The notes under the pieces: generated by a model
What the model saw: only the letters and a program-made list of their open reading frames with translations
The model's database searches: none
What the model was told of the DNA's origin: nothing
In this document: one piece after another, positions 44,199 through 55,300 of the stretch
Layout of the letters: the number at the start of each line of letters is the position of its first letter
Position numbering within the stretch: position 1 is the stretch's first letter
Made by a program: the position numbers and the translations under genes
IMG/VR virus record: IMGVR_UViG_3300033120_000574
Location: 32,001 to 96,000 of that record
DNA length: 64,000 nt
Reading direction: 5' to 3' (one strand)
Source of the DNA: a virus
Taxonomy: Duplodnaviria > Caudoviricetes

Positions 44199-47102
44199 TT
44201 ACCTCTGTGTTATGAAAGAAACTTTTACGCCTGCTGCTCTGATCAGATTAAGTACATAACGTAAGCGTTCCTCAAAAGAAACAGGAAGACGTACAGGAAA
44301 CTCAAATCCAAACTGTTTAGGATAACCAGTATCACCCATCGGAGAAACATTGTCAATCTGTTGATGGTTATGGTTTACTAAAATACTACTAGGAACAGTC
44401 AGGGTGGCGCCTGTTTTATTAGTATAGCTTAAGTTCTCTTGTGGGCCAGGTGTGAATGTAACTGTGGTACCTTCTGCGTAATCCCAACAAAGTGCATGTG
44501 ACAGCGTAAGTTCGTTTGTACCAACATTATTGTTAGTCACAGTATGTACTTGCTCATACAGTGGACCTGCACCAGGTGAGATAGTAATAAAGTAGGGATA
44601 AACTGTTGGAAATTGTGCAGTACTTAACAGGGATATAGTAGTTGTTCCAGCAAAATAAGAAGAACCTGTTATGTTTTTTACTGTCTGGGTCTTGCTTCCG
44701 AAATTAAAACAAGCGGTACCTTCTTCTTCAAAGTCTGTACCAGAGGTCAGTACCAGAGAGGAGTACACAGGTCTGCATATATCAGCAGACAGGTACTGTG
44801 ATTGTTTTGGGTAGAATGCCTTCAGGTCTACACCTTCACTGATTCCTAGGTGATCATCAGTAAGCCCTGGACTAACGCGGATCACGTCTGCAAGCAGTCT
44901 AATTTGCTTTGCAGAGCCGTGGTTTTGCGTGAGAGGGGAACCAAGCAAAAGCCTGTTTGGACCCGTAGCAGTTCCAATAACTTCAACAACCTCGCGAGGT
45001 CCAATACCGCCTGCACCAGTTAGTACAACACGATAAGATGACCCATTTGGGAAAGTGTGCAGCGGACCTACAGGTCCACTCAAGGACGATACTGGCAGTT
45101 CCATATCGCCAATGTTCACACCACTAGACAGTAATGTCCTTGTTCTGTTTTTTAAAGCAATCTGCTGTGCAGCAACGGTCTCAACGTTTCCCGAATTCTC
45201 TCCGACACGCAATTGAAAAGGAAACGTTGTTGGGAAATAACTAGCATCTTCTACTTCCAATACATTACGACCTGCATAAGTATCTATTGCTATTTTTGTT
45301 GGACCCGCAGTGGGTGAAGTAGCGACGACGTTACCCACTGTTTGGTTTAATGGTACGTTTTCAAAAAAATCCCAGCAGTAAGGACCAGGCCAGTTGTTGA
45401 AACCACTCCACATGTTTCCATCTAAATATGTGGAGAAAAAGCTTACAGCGCTACCAGCCAATACAGTAATTTGTAGTGGGTTACCTAACTTCAATACAAC
45501 GGATTCTTTTAGTTTACTGCCTTTAGGTATGTAGAAAGACGTAGCCGGAACAACAAGTGCTGTTGAGGATGCCACCAAATATGTAGTATTTCCTAATGAA
45601 GAACCATTGTAGGTCACATCTACATCTCCAGTGGAAGGAAACAATGAGGTGTCATCCACTTCCAGCAGGGTTGAACCTGCCTCAGCATCAAGGTTGGTCC
45701 AAGTATGAGGAACTGTGTAGTTATACTGTGCAAAACCATTGAGTGTGATCATTCCAAGGTCAGAGAAAGTTGAAGTGTCTGTGATTTGAATTGATGTATC
45801 ACCTACACCAGCAGTCACAGCCATAGTACTCGCAGCGGCAAGATTTACATTAGGATCTCTTATATAACTAGCTGTTCTAAGGTCGTTAACGACTAGCTCT
45901 CTAGGAATGAGCACTTCGATGTGTCTTGGATCACTTTGAAATATGTCCCACCCTTGTGACTTAACTTGAACCTGAGCAACACACACCGTGTTAGTTGCCT
46001 TGAGTTGGGTAACTTTGTTTGGACTGACGAATGACGTTAAATTAGGTGCTGGCTCCTTCAACAGGATAGTTCCGTTCTCTGGAATAACTCTGTTGTACTG
46101 GAAGGGAAACAAAATATCAAAATCATCGCCAACAACAGGAGCAGCGGGAAGAACATTAGAGAGATAAAAGGTATCTGCAGCTACAAAAGAAACAAACCCA
46201 AGCTTATCTTGTAATGCTGGTGTTGCTGTGCCACGAAAACGAAGAACGCAACCTGCAAAGTCTCCACCACCCAAAGCGGAAGTCAGCGGAGTGTAGGATA
46301 CAACAGTTGTAGTGGTGCCTCCAGCTGCGGGAACCTCACTCAGTAATAGAACACTAAGTAACCCGCCCTTAGCCTCCAAAGACGCTACGTCACTAAGTGA
46401 GATCTCTACTGCGTTTTCTTGCGCAGTGTCAGCAACGTTCATTACGTTTGGAGTAGCCTGTGCCCCTGTAAGAGGATTTGCTGTTCCAAACTGTACAGTT
46501 ACAGAGTGTCTGTTTAGTGCACTAGAGTACACATCTACGTGTTCTTGTGGCGTACCTCTACCAATGCATACGGTGTGTTCAACTGTAGGAAATCCAGATG
46601 AATCGAAAACGCTGTATGTGCTATCCATCGCAGCAACATCATTGATTATAGGTGTTTCCCACACTTTGTTCACTGCAGCATGTGGCATGGTGATTGGGGT
46701 AACTAGTGTTGCCTTACCTGTGTCTTTGTCTAGGAAAGAGTAGGAAACTACTTCAGACTGAGAGATGTATTGGTCTAAATGAAACGTTCCAACTTGTGGA
46801 AACCTTTCCGGTTCTAGTATGTATATCTCTGTGTCTCCTGGTGACGCATTTTGTGCCAAGGCGCTACACACCGTGACTCTAGGTCCAAGAAGAATGCTAA
46901 GTACTGCCTCAATTTTGTTTATGGTAAGCTTGTCCTGTATAGATAACGCACGTACGATCGCACGCCACACGTCATCAGAGAACCCATTCACGCTTCTTGG
47001 AAACCCAAGATTCGCAGTTACAACGTCCAGTCTGTCATCATCAGCAAAATCCAGACATAGCTGGTCTCTGACTTCTGCAATAGCGGATTTAATAGTCATC
47101 AA
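44199..47102 (-). CDS. Baseplate wedge protein with repeated beta domains
   Basis: LDVV..NLG.PR...SDDVWR at the N-terminus and IRAAGVKV at the C-terminus (gpI/wedge-like); follows baseplate J. Confidence 0.7.
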   Translation of the reverse strand: MMTIKSAIAEVRDQLCLDFADDDRLDVVTANLGFPRSVNGFSDDVWRAIVRALSIQDKLTINKIEAVLSILLGPRVTVCSALAQNASPGDTEIYILEPERFPQVGTFHLDQYISQSEVVSYSFLDKDTGKATLVTPITMPHAAVNKVWETPIINDVAAMDSTYSVFDSSGFPTVEHTVCIGRGTPQEHVDVYSSALNRHSVTVQFGTANPLTGAQATPNVMNVADTAQENAVEISLSDVASLEAKGGLLSVLLLSEVPAAGGTTTTVVSYTPLTSALGGGDFAGCVLRFRGTATPALQDKLGFVSFVAADTFYLSNVLPAAPVVGDDFDILFPFQYNRVIPENGTILLKEPAPNLTSFVSPNKVTQLKATNTVCVAQVQVKSQGWDIFQSDPRHIEVLIPRELVVNDLRTASYIRDPNVNLAAASTMAVTAGVGDTSIQITDTSTFSDLGMITLNGFAQYNYTVPHTWTNLDAEAGSTLLEVDDTSLFPSTGDVDVTYNGSSLGNTTYLVASSTALVVPATSFYIPKGSKLKESVVLKLGNPLQITVLAGSAVSFFSTYLDGNMWSGFNNWPGPYCWDFFENVPLNQTVGNVVATSPTAGPTKIAIDTYAGRNVLEVEDASYFPTTFPFQLRVGENSGNVETVAAQQIALKNRTRTLLSSGVNIGDMELPVSSLSGPVGPLHTFPNGSSYRVVLTGAGGIGPREVVEVIGTATGPNRLLLGSPLTQNHGSAKQIRLLADVIRVSPGLTDDHLGISEGVDLKAFYPKQSQYLSADICRPVYSSLVLTSGTDFEEEGTACFNFGSKTQTVKNITGSSYFAGTTTISLLSTAQFPTVYPYFITISPGAGPLYEQVHTVTNNNVGTNELTLSHALCWDYAEGTTVTFTPGPQENLSYTNKTGATLTVPSSILVNHNHQQIDNVSPMGDTGYPKQFGFEFPVRLPVSFEERLRYVLNLIRAAGVKVSFITQR

Positions 47103-48949
47103 AGCACCTGTACAAGAGAAGCACCGCTACCATCAAAAGGTAGAGGCAATTCACTCTCTAAAACGGTTATATTTGCTGTTGGTGTAATTATTCGTATGTC
47201 TTCCAAACCTACGACGGAAAAAGCTACGTCTATTAACTTTGATCTAACAACGTCTCTACCTATACGAAGGGAAGAAATATATGACTCAATAGCACGCCTT
47301 ACTTGAGGTGCAAGAAAGGACTCCGAGTAGCCTTCTGCTGCAGTTATTGAAGCAACGACAGTTACACGTTTTATCGTAGGTTCTTCTACAACTAAAAACG
47401 TACCAGCAGCTTTTACACCAGGATAACGAGTAGGATCCAGTGGATCACCTTCCATTACTTTTTGAACCTCGGCAATCAAGTTAGTGTAGTATATGTAGTG
47501 AGAGATTACCTTTGTTCCAGCTAAAAACCCACCAACGTCTATCAACTGAAACTCACCAGTACCTCTATTTAGATTGTACTCAGTACGGCTCAACAGTCGC
47601 CATACACCGGAGGGTGGCTGTATCCAAACACGTTCACTTCCACGGACCAATGGAAAGTTTGTGAACTGTAAACGACGTTGAGTAGCCTCTGTTGAACTAG
47701 ACAAAACGTCCACAAAGTTTACGATAGTTGTAGCTAAATGTGGAAAAGCAAGAGGAGTTGTTGTAGTTGGATAGAATGTGTTAGCATCATATTGTAAAAG
47801 CTCTGGGTCAGTAGAGTCTTCAATGTATAGCCATCCTGACTCTGGCCAGTCGTCAGAGTTAACAAGGGGAACACCAGAAGCTCCAGCCAGGATGTCAGAC
47901 GCTATCGAGTCACTAGGGAGAATCTGTGTTCTTGCGGAGCTTCCAGTCCCATCATCAATGTAGAGAATAACTTCATCATTAGCAAAGTCTTCTACAATGT
48001 TTGACGAGATAACGCGAGTTTGAGATACTGGATCTTCTACTCCAATGGCTTTTGACTTCAGCGCTAAAACAGTACCAAGTCCTAATGCGGCCAACTGTTG
48101 TAAAGCTCTTGTTCTAAGGTCTATGTCGGTCTCTGCATCCAATCCACCTTGTGCCTGTGTAATGTTTGATACTGCCCCACCAACAAAAGGAGGCGAACTA
48201 GCCCATTGGTTGATTCTACCAGTTCCTATGTTTCCTGCCAAGCCGCTAGTAGTACATTTAACTATAACCTCATTGGATTCATAGTTACCTTGAAGAATTG
48301 TAGCTGGTTCAATCGTTGTGTAAATTCTAGCTGTTTCGTTAACTGTAGGTGGTGCTTGTACCTCGGTTCCTATTGGAAGAAATCTAGATGAAGAGGAAGG
48401 TGCAACTGGAGCAAAGAGAGAACCACCAGTTACAAAGGCAAGACGATCTCCAATAAACAAATCTGAAGTGGTAGCGGAGGAGATAGTCATGGTTCCAGTA
48501 GATGTGTCATTGTTAGTGACTTCAAGATTTTGTTGACGTGCTGTGCCTTCTCCAACACGGACAGTGTATGGATACCCCGTTGTTGGAAATCTTGTAGTAT
48601 CAAACCCGTTTACAAACAAACTACCAGCAGTTATATCAATTCCAAGTCTGGTTCGTATTAGGTTGTTGTCATAGAACTTAACCAAAGCTGTAGCAGGTTT
48701 AGCAGATCTACGTGTTATGCCAAAATCTGCTAACCTACGATCGAGGTCCTCGCCAGCAGCGGTCGTATAACTAAACAAGTCTAACAATTGAACCATTTGA
48801 AAGTACTGTTCATCGTCTTCCAATGCAGCAGCTTCAAGTATGGTTCGTATTACAGATCCTACGTTATAATCGGAGACTATGGTACGCGTTTGCATATATG
48901 CGACCATGTCTGTTAGAATCTGGTCAAAAGTTCTAGGTAGAAATGCCAT
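47099..48949 (-). CDS. Baseplate J-like protein
   Basis: DYNVGSVIRTILEA, A.GEDLDRRLADFGITRR.A, GGLDAETDIDLR.R, YISSLRIGRDV. Confidence 0.9.
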   Translation of the reverse strand: MAFLPRTFDQILTDMVAYMQTRTIVSDYNVGSVIRTILEAAALEDDEQYFQMVQLLDLFSYTTAAGEDLDRRLADFGITRRSAKPATALVKFYDNNLIRTRLGIDITAGSLFVNGFDTTRFPTTGYPYTVRVGEGTARQQNLEVTNNDTSTGTMTISSATTSDLFIGDRLAFVTGGSLFAPVAPSSSSRFLPIGTEVQAPPTVNETARIYTTIEPATILQGNYESNEVIVKCTTSGLAGNIGTGRINQWASSPPFVGGAVSNITQAQGGLDAETDIDLRTRALQQLAALGLGTVLALKSKAIGVEDPVSQTRVISSNIVEDFANDEVILYIDDGTGSSARTQILPSDSIASDILAGASGVPLVNSDDWPESGWLYIEDSTDPELLQYDANTFYPTTTTPLAFPHLATTIVNFVDVLSSSTEATQRRLQFTNFPLVRGSERVWIQPPSGVWRLLSRTEYNLNRGTGEFQLIDVGGFLAGTKVISHYIYYTNLIAEVQKVMEGDPLDPTRYPGVKAAGTFLVVEEPTIKRVTVVASITAAEGYSESFLAPQVRRAIESYISSLRIGRDVVRSKLIDVAFSVVGLEDIRIITPTANITVLESELPLPFDGSGASLVQVL

Positions 48950-48950
48950 G

Positions 48951-50846
48951 TTAACGCCTTCTTAATGCAAAACTGGTAGATAAGGTATCATGAGATTCAG
49001 TCAATTGTACATTCGCACTTAAGGCGAGTATATCATTGTTAGTGGCAAGATCCAAGTTGGATACCCGTAGTACGCGAGTGTCTGAGAGCAACGTCCCCAA
49101 AGCGTTCAACCTAATCTGGTTAACACTCGCTTGTGTTAACTTTCTTCCAATAGGTATTTTCGTACCAAAGTATGTATGCGCAGGAAGCTCTCCTTGCTCT
49201 GTAGCAAACTTGATACGTACTGCTTGTTCTACATTTGGAACTCCAGCTATAGTAGACAAGTCGCCACGTTGATTTATTAGTACATCCGTTAGTTCTTGTG
49301 AACCAACGAACTGTGAACGCAAGCGCAAGTCTCTACCATATGGCAACTGCGTTAGACTAGACCCCTGCGCATTTGCCAAGTTTTCAGCATCAGGTGCATT
49401 CTGGGTGCTCACTAGAGAAGAAGACGAAGTGGTGGTCGGAAACAGTATAGCATCTCCAGGTCCCAAGGTGTCTGGTAGACCTTCATCGGATATATAAGGA
49501 TATCGTAGTCTGTTTAAAGCAACTAAGATACGCCATCTTGCTCTGTCGTTTAATACACGTGCGGCAATGTCTCTGATTCCTTCTCCAGGGGCAACTATAA
49601 CAGAGCCTGTGCTAACTGGAGTTGGTTCCAATCCAATGAAAGAAGGACTAGACGTAGGAGACCTACGCGGACTTGTAATAGTTCCTGCAGCTTCATATGC
49701 AGTTGCCATACGATTCAAAGTAAAAGCAACGTCAGAAACTGAGGAGCTACCAACTGCATCCTCTGACAGGACACGTGCACCAGTAACAAGGACTCTGTTT
49801 AGACTCCTAAACATGTCTATAAAGTCTAAATAGTCTTGATCTACTTGACGTAGACTAGACAACTCAGTTATCGCAGCTTCAACATTTGAAACCAGCGTTA
49901 AAGCTTTATCTCGAAGTCCTTTATGTACGCCAAAAGCGGAAGTCTTAACAGCGTTAAGGCCGTTAATGACTGCTAATAGCGGGCTCAGTACAGTGTTACT
50001 GACGAATGTTGTGTATCCTTGAATGCTGTTTATTCTGTTTGAAATTGTCAAGAACATGTTCAACAGATTTTGACTGTATTCTTGTAAACGTGCTTGTAAA
50101 CGCTGTCTATCCCTAGCGGCTGCTAGAGGATCTGGACCTGGTGTATAGCTAAAGTTGAAAACACCCAAGGTTTTAAGGCTAATGTTATATTCGTATGTTA
50201 GCGGACTAGCAGAGTTCTGGGACAGTCTAAAATCTTCAGGCTCAACAATCCAATAATCAGCGTCTTTTAGGTTACGCCACAGCAACAACACACGACTAGA
50301 CAGCTCGTCAGAATGCTTGATATCAGAGTACTTCCTAAAAATGTTACGCAAAAAGATGATGTCATCATGTCCTGTGATCTCTCGTGGTGAAAGACGACGA
50401 ACATCTGTAGTTAATCCGCTGCCCAAAAGAGTTTGTATCTGGTCATCGCTTATTCCAAGTAATGGAATCGTTCCACTTCGTACTTTGTTTGGACGGAATC
50501 CAGTCGTACCTGATATGCGAAGAGACTTTAGAATTGAACCATAAGATTCAACAAACTTACCTGCGTCTTGTGTACATATGATGCTTGTGGCAAACGGTTC
50601 ATCAAACTCATGTACTTTGGGTGGTACACGAAAGAAGTACTCTGCATTTTGTGTACGCTTTGCTGGGTCTAACCCTGGGGCTACTAAAGTCTCACTAGTA
50701 GCTGTATCAAACAAAACAAGAGAATAAAGTGTTTGTATGACCTCAGACAGCTGAGTAGCTTGAACGACTTGGGCACGTTGTTCATTTGAAAGAGTAGTTA
50801 CAGTGTTACCAGATATACCAACACTTGTTTTTCCATTGTTTGCCAT
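48951..50846 (-). CDS. Baseplate protein with LysM-like and gp25-like domains (tube initiator or wedge)
   Basis: GEGIRDIAARVLND..RW..LVALN.L.YPYI (LysM-like); GDL..IAG..NVEQAV..TEQGELP.H..FG..LLSDTRV (gp25/gpW-like). Confidence 0.75.
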   Translation of the reverse strand: MANNGKTSVGISGNTVTTLSNEQRAQVVQATQLSEVIQTLYSLVLFDTATSETLVAPGLDPAKRTQNAEYFFRVPPKVHEFDEPFATSIICTQDAGKFVESYGSILKSLRISGTTGFRPNKVRSGTIPLLGISDDQIQTLLGSGLTTDVRRLSPREITGHDDIIFLRNIFRKYSDIKHSDELSSRVLLLWRNLKDADYWIVEPEDFRLSQNSASPLTYEYNISLKTLGVFNFSYTPGPDPLAAARDRQRLQARLQEYSQNLLNMFLTISNRINSIQGYTTFVSNTVLSPLLAVINGLNAVKTSAFGVHKGLRDKALTLVSNVEAAITELSSLRQVDQDYLDFIDMFRSLNRVLVTGARVLSEDAVGSSSVSDVAFTLNRMATAYEAAGTITSPRRSPTSSPSFIGLEPTPVSTGSVIVAPGEGIRDIAARVLNDRARWRILVALNRLRYPYISDEGLPDTLGPGDAILFPTTTSSSSLVSTQNAPDAENLANAQGSSLTQLPYGRDLRLRSQFVGSQELTDVLINQRGDLSTIAGVPNVEQAVRIKFATEQGELPAHTYFGTKIPIGRKLTQASVNQIRLNALGTLLSDTRVLRVSNLDLATNNDILALSANVQLTESHDTLSTSFALRRR

Positions 50847-50848
50847 TG

Positions 50849-52339
50849 TCATCCTGTAGTAGTGGTTGTAGAAATCGCAGCTGTAATAGAAGCGGCCAGA
50901 GCGGCAGCTGCGTTAGTCAGTGCTAATGCATATGCAGTCTCTACAGTGGCTGATGCCTGTGCTGCGGCCACTGACGCTGCGAATGTTGCTACTGCCTGTA
51001 GCAAAAATGTTCCGCCAACAACACCACCAAGAGATCCACTGCCTATGGTAACTCCTGCAGGTTGGATAGCGATTGAGCCAGGAGCACCAGATCCACCAGA
51101 CGCCAGGGTGATGTTTGTTCCAGCAATTGCAGTTGTAGTGCTGTTAATGGAATATTGTGTACAAGTAATGTCGAGATTGTTAGCAACGGTGCAAGTAACA
51201 CTGTCTGCGCTAGATACAGTGCAGCTGCCCGTCATATCCACACTTGTAGCTTGGGTAACCACCACTTCTAGGTCTGCTGACACTGTTGTTGAGCTGTTGC
51301 CTGTAATGGTCTCGGTCTTGTCACCATCTGTGGATAAATTTGTGTCACCAGTAACTTCAGTAGTTAAATCACCACCTACGTTAATTGTAGTATTTTCATC
51401 GGAGGATAGCAAGATACTTGATGCACTCTCTACGGTAAAGTTGTCTGGAACTTCAACCAAAAACCTATCCTTCTCAATTAACAGGTACGTGTTATCCTTC
51501 TGTGTTGCACGTTCTGGGTTGCTTGGATTCGGTTGTGCCAAGTTTGGATCTCCCAGGTCCAGTACGCCAACGCCGTTTGCAGGTAAATTGAAATCAAGTT
51601 CAAAGGATTGAGAAGGTTTGATCCAAGCTTTGAAACTGCCACCAGTATCTGCGTTAACAGTTCTAGGAAAACGGCCATCTGTAGAGGTGACAGGGTCGCC
51701 AAAAGACATGGCAGCATTAGAAAGGTGTGTAGAGAGGTAAATAGTGCCTTCTTGGGTTATTGTGAACTCAGCCCCATTTATACGTTGAAAGTATCTGTTT
51801 TTTTGGTCCAAGTAACGTTGGCTGCCTCCGTTTGATGAAGGATTTCTATTTGCTGATGTAGCTGGGTCAAATCTGTTTCTAGGATGTGGCCACCAACGTA
51901 GTATGAATGGACTGTCTAAACTTCCACCTAGAAAGCCAACAATACACCAATCTCCATCCAAATCGAAGGGATTGATGTTATTCATATCCCCATTCCATGC
52001 TTGCCCTGTAACCAAAGTTGTACTTCCCCTGGGCAGCTGCTCACAATAGTTGTCAATTCCTACGTTAGCATTTGGTGTGATGATTACGTTTGCCAAAGGA
52101 AAGTTAGAAGAACGTCCATCTTCAACAACCAGAACAGTGGCAGTATGCATGTATCCACGTCGATCCGCAGTTTGAATGGCAGTACGGTTCTCTTCCGCAT
52201 CTGAATGGTTCACAGACAGCACTACACCCAAAACCAAACGGTCAAACGCAAGGCTAGCATTACGCTGCGCTGTCAACGCTTGTGCAACAGGTTCACCATA
52301 CCCATTGATTATTCTTCGTTGTCCAACTACTCCACTCAT
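50849..52339 (-). CDS. Baseplate central spike (gp5/gpV-like)
   Basis: N-terminal OB-fold-like GDWCIVGFLGG...PFIL; periodic V.G.....V.GD beta-helix repeats. Confidence 0.75.
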   Translation of the reverse strand: MSGVVGQRRIINGYGEPVAQALTAQRNASLAFDRLVLGVVLSVNHSDAEENRTAIQTADRRGYMHTATVLVVEDGRSSNFPLANVIITPNANVGIDNYCEQLPRGSTTLVTGQAWNGDMNNINPFDLDGDWCIVGFLGGSLDSPFILRWWPHPRNRFDPATSANRNPSSNGGSQRYLDQKNRYFQRINGAEFTITQEGTIYLSTHLSNAAMSFGDPVTSTDGRFPRTVNADTGGSFKAWIKPSQSFELDFNLPANGVGVLDLGDPNLAQPNPSNPERATQKDNTYLLIEKDRFLVEVPDNFTVESASSILLSSDENTTINVGGDLTTEVTGDTNLSTDGDKTETITGNSSTTVSADLEVVVTQATSVDMTGSCTVSSADSVTCTVANNLDITCTQYSINSTTTAIAGTNITLASGGSGAPGSIAIQPAGVTIGSGSLGGVVGGTFLLQAVATFAASVAAAQASATVETAYALALTNAAAALAASITAAISTTTTTG

Positions 52340-55300
52340 ATTCCATCTCTCCTCACTCTTGCAAGAGCGTCACTGTATGTTGAGTTGCTGGCTGGATTAG
52401 TTGAGAAGCCAGAGGAGCTGTTGTTAGCAGAGGTGATACCCAATGAACGTGCCTCTGCTTCTCTCAATTCTGCTGCAAAGTTAGGATCCGAAGTACCAGT
52501 AACAGCATCTATTAGAGTCTCATTGTAGTTATCTCTGCGTTCTCCAAAGTCAGTCTCATTGTAGGCTGCACTGACTCGTGCTTGTGCAGGAACTACTTGA
52601 GTTCCTTTACGAACAGTAAGAGCACGTCGAACTGCTACTGGATCTGGGCACATAAAGAACGCTCCGAGACGAGAGTTTACTCTTCTCTGTGTCTCTGTTG
52701 CACCAAGCCCTTCTAGAGCAGGGCACACATAGACTGGGTGTGGATTGGTTGGTTGACCACGGGTTACTTGTAGGTTAGTGGTCATGTGCTGGTCAACATT
52801 CCAAGTATGGGATACGCTTTCAACATAGAAAGACATGTTACGATCAGGAAGGTCCAACCTGTATCCTGCACGTATTTCTGGTGCACCACGCATCTCTATA
52901 TTTCCTGACACGTACTCTATGTTGTGTTGATACCAATGGTCATGCAGGAGTGTCCAACGTGCTAGCTGCCTTCTTGTCATGGCAGTATCTACATGAGTAT
53001 ACATTTGTTGTGTACTTGTGGTTGTGTCTGTTGTTTCCCTAGTACCAGGCGTTGGTGGTGTCTCAGGTAAGTGTGCTTCTTCACCACCATCTGTTACTTC
53101 AACCTCGTCATCTGGAGATAGGAGACCTGCAGTACCAACAGGTAAAGTAACACCAAACAGCTCTCTAAACACTCTAACAGGATCCTGACTTACCGTTAAA
53201 GATTCATCTGGATTAGGAGGTCGTGTAGGAGAAAGTACGCTACTTACAGCGGGTGCACCAGCAGGTACAGCATCTCTGAATCTGTCAGGAGCCAATCTGT
53301 TTCTGTCTGACATGGAGGAATAGCTACGTCCGTTTCGTTCAATATTGAACTCAAAGTGAAGGTGTACTCCAAATCGAGATTCATCTACACGCGTCTCTGG
53401 ACGATCCACAGGCTCTGCATCTGTGTTACCTACATAACCGATAACATCTCCTGCGCGGACAGGCACTTCTGTATACCCACCACGGGCATTCAATCTTGTG
53501 GACTGGAAAGGTGCAAGATTGCTACTAGATCTTGCACGTGTTACTGGTTGCACGTTTTCCGCAAAGCGATCTAGGTGTCCATAAAGTGTGTACATATTGT
53601 CTTGCGGATGGAATATGTAAACACAATTTCCATAGGCAGGGACTACGTTAGGGCTTCGTGGACGTTGTGGCAAAGCCATACACACGAGACCATCACGTAC
53701 AGCGCGTACAGGTGTTCCACGAGGAGCATGTATATCTACGCCGTTGTGGAACCTCCAGTATCTTGTTCCTGCTGCTGGTGTTATGTTGTTTGGGTTATTG
53801 TTTACTGGTCTTTCAAATCTGGTTTCTTTAGGACGATACCACCATTGGTTTTCAGGCGTAACGAATCCTTGAGATAAAACGCCATCTGCCTCTACCAAAG
53901 CAACAGGTAGCACGGTCACGCTGCTAGCAGGCGCGGGGGTAGTTGTCTCAGCCAAAGCTTGTTCTGGCTCGTTTACAGTGGTTACCCGATTTGCTAAATC
54001 CAAGCCACCACGTGCACAACGTGTATTCAAGGTACGTTTACGTAGCCCATGACGCACAATAGCAACAGGTGTAATAAGTGGACTCAAGTCTCGCATGTAG
54101 AATCTAGAAGCTTCACCACTCAGGGCACTTTCAGACACCATCTCTATCAGATTAAAATGATCGGTGTCACTTCTGCTTAGACTTGTAGAAATTATCTCAG
54201 TGTTGTGTACTACGGCTACATCTAAATGTTTCTGTGCAGTTTCAGGGGAAGTTCCATTTGACCTAGCTTGTACCGAGATAGTTGGAATGGTTATTACATG
54301 ACGACCTGGTTCGTTTGGACGATCGCTAAATATTGCACCGAATATAACAGTTCCCAAATTTCCAATGGCGTTACCTGTGAACGAAGTAGCCGAAGTGCTG
54401 CTTTGCACGACTGTGATTGGTACATTCTGTGCATCAATTCGGTCAATGGTAGAAAAAGGATACTCACGCATTATCAAAGCTGGTACGTGACAAATACCGT
54501 TCACTCCTACATCAGCTTCGTTTCCTCCAAGCTCATCCAACTCTCTGGAGAAATCGGTACCAACAGTCAATCCTCCATCGCGGCTCAAAGGACGCAAATC
54601 TAGGAACAACTCATTTACAATTTCATTTGAGACAGAGTTGATGAAGCTCCACACACTATCTTGTCTTTCCCAAATTGACAACTCGGCAAAGTAACCATCA
54701 ATAGCATTTCGCTCTACGAATGTAGATAGATCAATTATGTCCAATAGCGTTGGAGGGGCACTAGACACGGTAGTGTTGAGTATTGAAAAAGCTTCACCAC
54801 CGTTCAATGGCAGTCCGTTTCCTCCCGTGTCATTTGGACCACGTCCATCCAAAGCACGTTGAGCAGCCAAACTAAAACGCTGTCTGTCGTTACGACGAAT
54901 GTCTCCAGCAAGTGGAGACTCAGGGTCAGTTCGTAACAGTTGATCCGTGCTTATAGTGTCATCAAACCCTGCTTGGGTTTTGATTTGATCCAAGAAAGCT
55001 TGGTAACCACCCAAATCCAGCACCTGCCTACGTATATCCTCAGACAACAACCCCAATGCAAACTCTGCCCGTTGTGCACGTATTTGATTTAGGTTTCTGG
55101 GAACAAAAGACGCAGGTAATATGAATTGTCCACCAAACCCCATTAGAAGCAAAATAACGTTTACCACCACGTCAGCAGGGGATCCATGAGCAAGCAATCC
55201 CCGTGTACGCAGTGCTGCACCTCCCATATTAGTGGTTCCAATAAAATTTCCATCAAAGTCAGGTCTTGCTGCAACATGTGGATTGAAGTAAAGTTGTGTT

